Assembly (NCBI GenBank): GCA_963666055.2
Contig: CAXWPH010000015.1
Span: 1,312,001 to 1,376,000, forward strand
Reading direction: 5' to 3'
DNA: 64,000 bases
Source of the DNA: Acidobacteriota bacterium
GTDB taxonomy: Bacteria; Acidobacteriota; UBA890; WLXD01
Made by a program: the position numbers and the translations under genes
Part shown: positions 39,219 to 48,172 of the stretch, piece by piece
How the letters are laid out: every line of letters starts with the position of its first letter
Numbering within the stretch: the first letter of the stretch is position 1
Notes under the pieces: generated by a model
What the model was told of the DNA's origin: nothing
The model's database searches: none
Seen by the model: only the letters and a program-made list of their open reading frames with translations

Positions 39219-39255
39219 GTAACCATCCTGGAAGTCGCCGGAGGAGGAGGGCTAG

Positions 39256-39423
39256 CAGGCCGTGGTGAAAGTGTGGTGGGTCTGGCGACAGGGTCTTGCG
39301 AAGTGGAGGCAAGGAGAGAGGAGGAGGCGATGGTTACCCCATCGTTGACGAGGAACGACGCAGCATGCGCGCGCAACCCCCTGTCGCCCGAAGGGTTACC
39401 CACCACACTTTCACCACGGCCTG
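39256..39423. mobile_element. Complete 168-bp MITE with 26-bp TIRs and CTAG target duplication
   Basis: CTAG(39252)-CAGGCCGTGGTGAAAGTGTGGTGGGT...ACCCACCACACTTTCACCACGGCCTG-CTAG(39424). Confidence 0.92.
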
Positions 39424-39427
39424 CTAG

Positions 39428-40093
39428 CATTCCTCCTCCGAACCGAGCGCAGGCCTCCGCCAGGCTCTCCAGGCTGCCGATGTCGTACCAAGATCCGGTA
39501 AACCGGCTCGCATAGCACGGGACGCGCTCCACCAGCCACGCCAGAAAGTGGCCTGGGGCGTCGTGGCTTCCGTGCTCCAGGTACTCGTCGAGGCGCTTCA
39601 GGTCCTCCGACTGGAAGAAGTAGAGGGCGATCGCGGCGAGGTCGGTGCGGGGCTCCGCGGGCTTCTCGCGAAACTGCTCGATGCGCCCGTCATCCGCCAG
39701 CGTCACCTCGTTATAGCGCGACGGTCCGCTATCGGGCTGCACACGGCGGACGACCAGGGTGGTTCGGGCGCTGGCGCGGAACTCCCGCTGTACCGGCCGC
39801 AGGTCCATGTCGAAGAGGTTGTCGCTGGCGAGAACGACCGCCCCATCTTCGTCTGGGGGCTCGTGCTCGAGCGCCAGGCGGAGGTCACCGAGGGCACCGA
39901 GACGTCCATCGTTCGAGGTCGTTCCGTCGTTGAGGAGCGTGAAGCGAGCCCACGGCTCCAGCATCTCCGACCATTGCTGGAAGTGACCGTAGAAGCGATC
40001 GTTTGTCACGATGACGACGTCGGTCAGGCCGTCGAGGACCCGCAGGCTGGTCCGGGTCGTCATTGGCAATCGCGACGAGACCCAGTCGAGCAT
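39428..40093 (-). pseudogene. Sugar-phosphate nucleotidyltransferase, N-terminally truncated
   Basis: VVLASDNLF, FREKP, WYDIGS; lacks the GxGxR start; runs into the MITE. Confidence 0.75.
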
Positions 40094-40167
40094 TCGTGAG
40101 TTAGAGTTCACCGAACAACCTCCGCGACCACGACGGCAACCGGTACAACCGAAGGCCGCGAAATAGC

Positions 40168-41700
40168 ATGGATCATTCACGAAAGCGAGCGGAGGACTAC
40201 ATCGACTTGATCGACGCGGCGGTCGTATATGAAGTGGCGACGAGGACCCCGCTCGAACTCGCCGGCAGCCTGTCCGCGCGACTCGGCAACCGGATTCTAC
40301 TGAAACGAGAGGACCTGCAGCCGATCTTCTCGTTCAAGCTCCGCGGTGCGTACAACAAGATCGCATCACTCTCGCAGCGGGCGCTGGGCGCAGGGGTCGT
40401 ATGCAGCTCGGCCGGGAACCACGCGCAGGGCGTGGCACTCGCCGCGCGACGGAAAGACGCGCGGGCGGTAATCGTCATGCCGGTCACGACACCTGACATC
40501 AAGGTCGATGCCGTGATGGCGTTGGGGGGCGAGGTCGTATTGCATGGCGACACCTACGACGATGCCTACATCAGGGCGCGGGAGCTCGAGAAGGCCGACG
40601 GCCTGACGTTCATCCACCCTTTCGACGATCCCGCGGTCATCGCCGGCCAGGGCACGATCGGCAAGGAGATCCTCGAGCAAGCGGACGAAGCCGTGAGCGC
40701 CGTCTTCGTTCCCATTGGTGGCGGTGGGCTTATCTCGGGAATCGCAGCCTATATCAAGGCGAAGCGGCCAGGAATCCGCATCATCGGCGTCGAGCCGGAG
40801 GATTCGGCGGTGATGCGGGACTCGGTCGCCGCCGGAGAGCGCGTCATCCTGGAGCATGTCGGCATCTTTGCCGATGGGGTCGCCGTCAAGCAGGTGGGCG
40901 AGGAGACCTTTCGGCTCTGCCGGGAGCTGGTCGACGATTTCGTCACCGTCGATACGGATCAGATCTGCGCCGCCGTTCGCGACATATTCGAGGACACGCG
41001 CTCGATCGTCGAGCCCGCCGGCGCGCTAGCGGTCGCCGGCGCCAAGCAGTATCTCGCTGAACACGCAGCGCGGGACGAGACGTTCGTGGTGATCAACTGC
41101 GGCGCCAACGTCAACTTCGACCGGCTACGTCATATCGCCGAGCGTGCCGCTGTCGGTGACCAACAGGAGATGTTGCTAGCGGTCGAGATTCCCGAGAAGC
41201 CCGGTAGTTTTCAGAAGTTCTCGGAAGCCGTCGGCCGGCGCGGCGTCACCGAGTTCAATTACCGCTACAGCGACCCGAAGAACGCGCACATCTTCGTCGG
41301 CATCCAACTGCGCCGTGGAGCGCAGGAACGAGCGGAGCTGATCGAGGCGCTGAAGGGGCTCGGCTATCCACTGGTCGACCTGAGCGATGACGAGATGGCC
41401 AAGCTCCACATCCGGCATATGGTCGGTGGCAGGACAGCGAACCTAGAGAACGAACGGCTGTTCCGCTTCGAGTTTCCGGAACGTCCCGGTGCGCTGCTCG
41501 ACTTCCTCACCGCGATCGGCGCGAACTGGAACATCAGCCTGTTCCACTACAGGAATCACGGCTCCGACCACGGCCGGATCCTTGCCGGCATCCAGGTACC
41601 CGAGGAGGAGTCGGACGAACTCGAGGCATACCTTTCCGAGCTCGGCTATCCGCACTGGGAGGAGAGCGACAATCCGGCGTACGCGATGTTCCTGGCCTGA
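40168..41700 (+). CDS. ilvA: Biosynthetic threonine ammonia-lyase
   Basis: KREDLQPIFSFKLRGAYN, SAGNHAQG, two ACT-like regulatory domains. Confidence 0.96.
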   Translation: MDHSRKRAEDYIDLIDAAVVYEVATRTPLELAGSLSARLGNRILLKREDLQPIFSFKLRGAYNKIASLSQRALGAGVVCSSAGNHAQGVALAARRKDARAVIVMPVTTPDIKVDAVMALGGEVVLHGDTYDDAYIRARELEKADGLTFIHPFDDPAVIAGQGTIGKEILEQADEAVSAVFVPIGGGGLISGIAAYIKAKRPGIRIIGVEPEDSAVMRDSVAAGERVILEHVGIFADGVAVKQVGEETFRLCRELVDDFVTVDTDQICAAVRDIFEDTRSIVEPAGALAVAGAKQYLAEHAARDETFVVINCGANVNFDRLRHIAERAAVGDQQEMLLAVEIPEKPGSFQKFSEAVGRRGVTEFNYRYSDPKNAHIFVGIQLRRGAQERAELIEALKGLGYPLVDLSDDEMAKLHIRHMVGGRTANLENERLFRFEFPERPGALLDFLTAIGANWNISLFHYRNHGSDHGRILAGIQVPEEESDELEAYLSELGYPHWEESDNPAYAMFLA

Positions 41701-41769
41701 TGCCGAACCCGTGCTTTTTCGGAGAGTTACAGGCCACTAGTTGCCAGCGCAACTGATCGGGTCGCTGCC

Positions 41770-41826
41770 ACGGAGTCCTTCACCGGTACCCGACTGGGCC
41801 GTTACGAGATCCTCGACCGCCTCGGC
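41770..41826 (+). pseudogene. Kinase N-terminal remnant
   Basis: (ACG)ESFTGTRLGRYEILDRLG. Confidence 0.7.
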
Positions 41827-41922
41827 TTTGTTGCGTCGGCCTCTCGCCGCGGGGCCATGCTAGTCGAGAGCCGGCACCACATCTAAGGGGTTTCCGGTGA
41901 CCGCTTGATACTCCCCAACCCG

Positions 41923-43310
41923 CTACTGCCGCCACGCGGGGATATCGAGTTGTGTCGGCGCCGGCACGAGACCCGCCCGGTGCTCCTCGACGATCGACAC
42001 CAAGTCCGCGATCAGCTCGGGGTGATCGGCGGCGACGTCGAACCGCTCGGCGGGATCCTCCTCGACGTTGTAGAGGGCCGGCGGGTCGCGGGCCACCGGC
42101 TGGTCGCCGACGTACGCTGATTGGGTGATGAAGTGCAGCTTCCAGGGGCCCCTGCGCACGGCGAAGAGGCGTGTCCCTCGATAGTAGTAAACGACGTCCC
42201 GCACTTGTTCGCGCTCGCCTCTCATCACCGGCGTCAGATCCACACCGTCGACGATGCGGTCGGCGGGGAGGGGGACGCCGGCGAGAGCCAACGCGGTGGC
42301 ATAAAGATCCATGGTCGTAGCCAGCGCCGTGGAGGTGAGCCCCGCCTCGATGGTGCCCGGCCACCAGGCCAGCGCGGGCACCCGCATGCCGCCCTCCCAG
42401 GTCGTACCCTTGCCGTCGTGCAGCAACCCGGCGGAGCCGCCTTCGAGCTTCTGCGTGATCCACGGGCCGTTGTCGCTGGTGAAGACCACGAGCGTGTTTT
42501 CGTCCAGGCCCGACTCCCGCAGTGTCGCCAGAATCTCGCCGGTGCTCCAGTCAAGCTCCTCGACCACGTCGCCGTACAGGCCGCGCGGGCTGTTGCCCGC
42601 GAAATCCTCGCCGGCAAACAACGGCACATGAGGGAAAGTGTGGGGTAGGTAGAGGAAGAATGGCCGCCCGCGGTTCCTACGGATGAACGCGATCGCTTCT
42701 TCCGTGTAGCGGCGGGTGAGCGTGCGCTGATCAGGTTCCTTCTCGATGGTCTGGACGCCACGCACGAGCGGTAGCGCCGTGTACCCGCGTTCCGCCAGCT
42801 GCGGGTACATCACGGCGCTCATGTCGTTGGAGTAGGGCACGCCGAAGTACTCGTCGAAACCGTGGTTCGGCGGCAGGTGTTCGGGTCGGTGGCCGAGATG
42901 CCACTTGCCGAAGATGCCGGTCGCGTAGCCCGCGGTCTTGAGCGCCTCCGCGATCGTCAGCTCGGAAGCCGGTAAGCTTCCCTGGGAGGGGGAAAGATCA
43001 CCCGGAAGCGGTCGTTGGCCATCCCGCTTCGGATCGGCAGGCGCCCTGTCATCAACGCCGCGCGGCTCGGCGTGCATACCGAGGCGCCGACGTAGAACTG
43101 CGTGAACTTCATGCCCTCGGCCGCCATGCGATCGAGGTTGGGGGTGCGGATCGTCGGGTTGCCGTAAATGCCGAGGTCGCCGTAGCCGAGGTCGTCGGCG
43201 AACAGAATGACGATGTTCGGGAGGTCGGACGGCGAGATTTCGGGCGCTGATGCGCACCCGGGAAGCATGGCCGCGCCGACGACGATCGCGGCAAGCACGG
43301 ATCTGGACAT
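41923..43310 (-). pseudogene. Arylsulfatase A-like sulfatase, frameshift near 42970-43000
   Basis: DDLGYGD and [12 protein letters not shown] in one frame; GKWHLG onward in another; shift near a G/C run. Confidence 0.85.
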
Positions 43311-43397
43311 GACGCGGGGATTCTAGTCGCTCGATGGGGCTTTCCGAGCATCACGTGCACGCCTTTTCGCCAACCATGGAGCCGATTGCCATGGCGG

Positions 43398-43416
43398 TTC
43401 TTCAGCACCCTGCTAG
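43398..43416 (-). mobile_element. IS/MITE end plus CTAG (variant family)
   Basis: CTAG|CAGGGTGCTGAA on the - strand; same terminus as at 62739. Confidence 0.6.
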
Positions 43417-43430
43417 TGGACGGACGACCC

Positions 43431-44906
43431 CTAATCTTGATTACGGATCGAGTACAGGCGGCTCTGAGTCCGCAGAAGCAGTCGATCACCGACGATGGCG
43501 GGCGAGGCTAGCGTCCACTCGTTCAGGTCGTTGATATGGGACAGCCGGTACTCCCGGCCGGCCTCGATCACGAAGGTATCGCCCTCCTCGCCCATCGCGA
43601 AGATCTTGCCGTTGTAAGCCCACGGCGTGGTCGTGAACGCCGAGGCGCCCGGTGCAACGCGGGAGCGATAGACTCGCTCACCGGTCTCGACTTCGTAGCG
43701 GGCGAAGATGCCTCTCGAGGTGAGCACGTACAGCGCGCTGTCGTAGATGATCGGCGTCGGCAGATACGTGCCCCCTGCGACAGGGTTGTACCAGACGACA
43801 TGCTCGTTCTTGTCCGCCTGGGCTTTCGGCGTGATGTCTCCCGACGCGCCCGGACGGATCGAAGCGATGGCCCTGTCTTGCTGTCCGGAGGACCCGGAGG
43901 TCACGAACAGGTGGCCGCCCCAGACGAACGGACTCTGGATGGTGGTGGTCGCCATGCCGTGCATCCGCCACAGCTCCTCGCCCTCCAGGCTATAGCTGAT
44001 GACAGCGCGGGGTCCGACCGTGACGATCTCGGTGCGCAGCTCGTGCTCCCAAACGAAGGGCGTCGACCAGCCGGTCTTTCGCCCTTCGCCCATGTCCCGC
44101 AGCGTGCGCCACAGCTCCTTGCCGGTTCGTTTGTCGAACGCGGCGACGAACCCCTGCTCTTCGTTGTCGTTCAAGACGATCACACGGTCACCATGAAGTG
44201 CGGGAGATGCGCCGGTGCCGAAATCCCGGACCTTCTGAAACAGCTTTAGCGGCGTCGCCCACACCGGGTTCCCGTCCAAGTCGAAGGCGAAGAGCCCAAG
44301 GTGTCCTAAGTAGACGTAGACGCGCTCACCGTCGGTCACTGGTGTCTCGGACGCGAAGCTGTTTTTTCGGTGCCGCCCGCCCGGCGGGTTGCCGTGGTAG
44401 ACCTGGCGCTCCCAGAGGGGCGCACCGCTCTCGAGATCGAAGCAGTAGAGCATCAGGTCGATCACGACCTCGTGTGGCATCTCGCGATCGCGCGCATAGA
44501 GCCGGTCGTTGGCCTCCTCGCTCGACAAACCCTCGGCCCGCATCTCCGCAAGGTACTCATTGCTGAAGTCGGTCCCCAACGAGGGCTGCTTCATCGGCCG
44601 ATCGCTGACGGCTGAAGTCAGGAAGACCTTGCCGTCCCAGACGATCGGCGAAGACCATCCGATGCCGGGCACCTCGATCACCCACTCGACGTTTTCGGTC
44701 GTCGACCACCGCTCCGGCAGCCTCGGGTTGTCGGCGATGGGGAGGGAATCGGGCCCCAGGAAGCGAGGCCAATTGTGCGTCGGCTTGTCTTCATCAACGG
44801 CCTGGAGAGGCGGCGCCCCGGTCGGTGCGGGAGGTTCCTGTCGGGCTGCGGCGGCAACGCAGCCCATCGCGACCAGCACAGCTACGATCGCCCGGCTAGT
44901 GCTCAT
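43431..44906 (-). CDS. PQQ-binding-like beta-propeller protein
   Basis: NWPRFLGP, WSSPIVW, WSTP. Confidence 0.87.
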   Translation of the reverse strand: MSTSRAIVAVLVAMGCVAAAARQEPPAPTGAPPLQAVDEDKPTHNWPRFLGPDSLPIADNPRLPERWSTTENVEWVIEVPGIGWSSPIVWDGKVFLTSAVSDRPMKQPSLGTDFSNEYLAEMRAEGLSSEEANDRLYARDREMPHEVVIDLMLYCFDLESGAPLWERQVYHGNPPGGRHRKNSFASETPVTDGERVYVYLGHLGLFAFDLDGNPVWATPLKLFQKVRDFGTGASPALHGDRVIVLNDNEEQGFVAAFDKRTGKELWRTLRDMGEGRKTGWSTPFVWEHELRTEIVTVGPRAVISYSLEGEELWRMHGMATTTIQSPFVWGGHLFVTSGSSGQQDRAIASIRPGASGDITPKAQADKNEHVVWYNPVAGGTYLPTPIIYDSALYVLTSRGIFARYEVETGERVYRSRVAPGASAFTTTPWAYNGKIFAMGEEGDTFVIEAGREYRLSHINDLNEWTLASPAIVGDRLLLRTQSRLYSIRNQD

Positions 44907-45071
44907 CGATCAGTCCTCCACGAATTCGGCGACAATCCGATTGCTGTTCATGGGCCGCGGAGCCGCAGATCCGCGCCGCACGCGACCATCACGTATTCAG
45001 TGCTGCAGTCCGAACTGTGCCCACGATTGTGCCCGCGGGAACTAACCAGCGCCAACTGGGCCCGTTTGGTC

Positions 45072-45110
45072 TTAGAAGTCCGCTGCTCTATCCAGCTGAG
45101 CTACGGGCGC
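45072..45110 (-). repeat. att site: 5' half of tRNA-Arg (copy 3)
   Basis: 39/39 identical to 2506-2544; TGTGCCC repeats at 45016 and 45028. Confidence 0.92.
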
Positions 45111-45125
45111 GTGAGAGTTAAGTAT

Positions 45126-45683
45126 CTATTTCACAGCAAGTTGAGACGTATCAGAGAAATCGACAATACGACCAAATCGGCCTGATTGTCCCTTTTCTGT
45201 CCCCTTTCCGCCGGCGAGCCGCCCGAGTGCGCTCCTCAGATCGGCCTCATCGACGATGTCGTAGCGGTCGAAAACGGAGCGCGTCTTGTGACCGGTGATC
45301 GCCATTGCCGTCTTCTCGGGTACGCCGGCGCGGACCAGGTTGCGGACTGCTGTCCGGCGAAAGTCATGCAGCAGCTTGCCCGGGCACCCGGCGGCTTTGC
45401 AAGCTGACGCCCAAGCCTTGCGGAACCCCTTGATCGCCTTTCCATCTCTGTGGAACACGTAGGGACAGATAGTGTCGTCAGCCGTCAGGCGCTGGTGCTC
45501 TTGCCACTGCCGCTCGATGACCTGGACCAGTTCCGGGAGTAGATCGTAGGGAAGTGTTCGCCCCTCAGAGTTCTTCGTGGTTCCGGGTTCGAGCCGCACC
45601 GTTCGCGACGCCCTGTCCACGTGTGCCCAGGTGAGCAGGAGGATTTCTGAGGGGACTCGCCAGCCGGTGTAGTAAGCGAACGT
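45126..45683 (-). pseudogene. Tyrosine integrase, catalytic domain only
   Basis: YYTGWR, TTKN, HDFRR, TGHKT, DRY; N-terminal domains missing; reads toward the tRNA half. Confidence 0.9.
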
Positions 45684-45753
45684 TCCGCCGTCTCAACACG
45701 AGCCCTCCTACCGGGCGGTCGGCCGCCGTGCGGAAGACGTAGCCCAACGACCG

Positions 45754-46479
45754 CTAGAAGAGGGATCGGATGAGGTCCTCGCGGAAGTCCGATCCCGGCG
45801 CCAGGTAGCCACCCAGCACGGCACGACGATGCTCGGACCCCTCCTGCCTGCGGTCGATGAGGACGCTCCCGTCCAGCGCCTGAAAAGCCACGTGGAGGGT
45901 GTCGCCCCGGATCCGGTACCAAATAGTCTCGCCGTCCCGGATACCTCGATCGCGGATCGGCTCGTACTGGGCCTCGATCTCGGGAAGCAGGGTCCGAACC
46001 TCCTCCGACGACAGGAAACCGGCGTCCCGGGCGTGTTCCATGTTCTCGCGAATCCCGTCCAGGAACTGCTCGAGGCTGACGTCGCGGAGGAAGCGGCTCC
46101 GAACCAGCAGGTCCTGGGATTCGACGGCGGCTCGCACGACCGACTCGGCCAGCTCGTCGGTGTACTGCCGGCCGTCAACAAGGTGCTCCAGCTCGGCGGC
46201 AGTCTGCGCTCCGAACCGCAGCGTCAGGCGCAGGACGTCCACCCGGAAGATCGTTCGCTCGTAGACCATTTCCAGGGAGGCGTACGGACCCGAGGCCAGT
46301 CCGGTGGCGTCTACGGGAATCGCGGCGGCGGCGCCTTCGTCCTGGTCCCGGACCGCCGGCGCGCGCCCCGGCACGGCGAGGACGAGCGCCAGCGCCGGGA
46401 CTGCGATCCCGAGGGGTTCCCTCGCGGTTCGCGGGGTGCGGCCGCGGTCGTCGACACCCACCCTCGCCATCGTCAACAT
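45754..46479 (-). CDS. Hypothetical exported protein
   Basis: Coherent GC-rich ORF coupled to the methyltransferase; hydrophobic N-terminus. Confidence 0.6.
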   Translation of the reverse strand: MLTMARVGVDDRGRTPRTAREPLGIAVPALALVLAVPGRAPAVRDQDEGAAAAIPVDATGLASGPYASLEMVYERTIFRVDVLRLTLRFGAQTAAELEHLVDGRQYTDELAESVVRAAVESQDLLVRSRFLRDVSLEQFLDGIRENMEHARDAGFLSSEEVRTLLPEIEAQYEPIRDRGIRDGETIWYRIRGDTLHVAFQALDGSVLIDRRQEGSEHRRAVLGGYLAPGSDFREDLIRSLF

Positions 46480-47381
46480 CGTTCCCGGGGCCCCGGGTCA
46501 TCCTCCCGAGGGCGGCGGGCGGTGAGCATCGCGTACCGCATCGCCCCGACCCGATACGCCAGCCAGATGCGCACCATCGTCCGAGCGAAGACCCGTTCCT
46601 CCCGGCTCCGGTCCAGGATGAAGCGTCGATAGTCGGAACGTCGGAGGAGCGCTCCAGCGAGCCGGCGGAGACAGATCGTCCACGTCCTCCGGACCTTTCG
46701 GGTGAGGTCCTCGACCTCCACGACCCGGAGGCCGGCCGCCTCCACCGCTGCCCGCAGGCTCGATCCGGTGGGGAGCCACGCCAGCCGGCCCTCCCGGCGG
46801 ATGGGTTCGAGGAGATGCCGCCGCGCCCATCCCGACGGCGCTTCGGCCGCGAGCCAGGCACAGACCACCAGCCGTCCCTCCGGTCTGAGGACCCGTCGCG
46901 CCTCGCGGAACGCTCGACGCGGATCCGCCATGTGCTCGGTGCTCTCGATGGCCAGGACCGCATCGAAGGCTTCCGCCGGCAGCCCGTTGTCGAGCCAATC
47001 CCGAAGCAGATGGCATGGATTCGGGCCCGGCGCAGCACGGACGGCGTACCGGTGCTGCGCCGGCGAGATGGTGAGGGCCGTCACCCGGGCGTCCCTCTCC
47101 CCGGCCAGGAGACGGGCGGTGCCGCCGTACCCCGAGCCGGCGTCGCAGACTTGGTCGCGAGGCCCGATCCCCGCCCGGTCCGCGGCGCTGCGCACCAGTG
47201 CTTCCACCGCCTCCTGCTGCGTCTCCCGGCCGGTGATCCACAGGCCGTGATGCACGTGTTCCCCCCAGAACTCCCGGTAGAAGCGGTCGAGCTGATCGTA
47301 ATGGCGGGCCACCGCCAGTGGTAAGTCAAACACTCGCCCCCCGCATTCACTCGAACTCACACGGCCGACCTTCGCCTTCAT
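46473..47381 (-). CDS. SAM-dependent methyltransferase (tocopherol/sterol MT-like); start uncertain
   Basis: WGEHVHHGLW, DAGSGYGG, IESTEH. Confidence 0.88.
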   Translation of the reverse strand: MKAKVGRVSSSECGGRVFDLPLAVARHYDQLDRFYREFWGEHVHHGLWITGRETQQEAVEALVRSAADRAGIGPRDQVCDAGSGYGGTARLLAGERDARVTALTISPAQHRYAVRAAPGPNPCHLLRDWLDNGLPAEAFDAVLAIESTEHMADPRRAFREARRVLRPEGRLVVCAWLAAEAPSGWARRHLLEPIRREGRLAWLPTGSSLRAAVEAAGLRVVEVEDLTRKVRRTWTICLRRLAGALLRRSDYRRFILDRSREERVFARTMVRIWLAYRVGAMRYAMLTARRPREDDPGPRERC

Positions 47382-47466
47382 GAGGTTGATCCTCCCGGGA
47401 TCCCTTACGCGAGCATCTCTCCAACTTTCAGGTTCTGATCAGCTCAAGAGACGGGCTGCCTGCTTG

Positions 47467-47576
47467 ACGCCCCGACCGCAGCCTGTCGACTCCAGTCGAG
47501 CGCATACAGCACGTAGGCTGGGTAGATCCCGGTGCCCTGTGGCCCGGAGATCCTGTAGGTGCCGTCTTCGGTGCCG
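47467..47576. repeat. Putative element end (ACGCCCCGA..GTCGACTCCAGTCGA plus arm-like repeat)
   Basis: Homologous to 50430-50512; GGTGCCG direct repeat at 47558 and 47570. Confidence 0.5.
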
Positions 47577-47594
47577 ACATCAAAGACCGAGGCT

Positions 47595-47866
47595 AATGTG
47601 CGGGTGGTTCAGGGCGGCAGCAGCGCGGGCCTCCTGCTCGAAGCGGGCCAGGCGCTCGGGGTCAGAGGCGAACTCGGCGGGTAGCACCTTGATGGCCACC
47701 TTGCGGCCCAGGCGTGTGTCCTCAGCTAGCCACACTTCGCCCATACCGCCAGCACCGAGCTGCTCGGTGATCTCGTAGTGGCCTAGTTTGGTGCCGGGTT
47801 CCATGGCGCTACCGGAGGATGGTGGATGAGCGCCTGAAGCCTATCGCCGGAGTCTACGCGGGTCCA
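47595..47866 (-). pseudogene. Kinase promoter plus first 70 codons
   Basis: TGGACC-N17-TAGGCT-N33-ATG(47804); [12 protein letters not shown]...LNHPHI. Confidence 0.88.
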
Positions 47867-47991
47867 CGGAAGACGTCGTCACGGGCTTTTACTAGCGCCG
47901 AATGGCCCATACGCGAGCGTATCGGGAGACCTATATATACGGACGTGGCTCCGCCACCCACACATCGTTGGCAGCCTAGTTCACCCTGGAC

Positions 47992-48093
47992 GGGGACAAA
48001 ATAGGGACAATCAGTCGATCGGAGCGATCCGTTTGATTATCGTGATCCCGATAAGTCCTTTGTTTTCAAGTACCGAGGGAGGGACTCGAACCC
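47992..48093. mobile_element. att remnant: integrase tail/arm repeat plus 3' fragment of a tRNA (probably Leu)
   Basis: 47992-48014 is a 21/23 inverted match to 45182-45204; the - strand of 48070-48093 reads GGGTTCGAGTCCCTCCCTCGGTAC (T arm plus acceptor strand). Confidence 0.7.
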
Positions 48094-48172
48094 GATCTAG
48101 CGGATTCTGCTAAGTGGTTGATGGCGCACGGCTTTCGCCGTTTCTCGTTGGCAGGGACTCGCTCACGAGGGC

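Noticed and set aside
38840-40180. 446-aa ORF as a full-length protein
   Set aside because: It is a read-through of a truncated nucleotidyltransferase across the MITE into antisense sequence.
41715-41760. IS630-like end around CACTAG
   Set aside because: Too short, with no partner end or transposase to support it.
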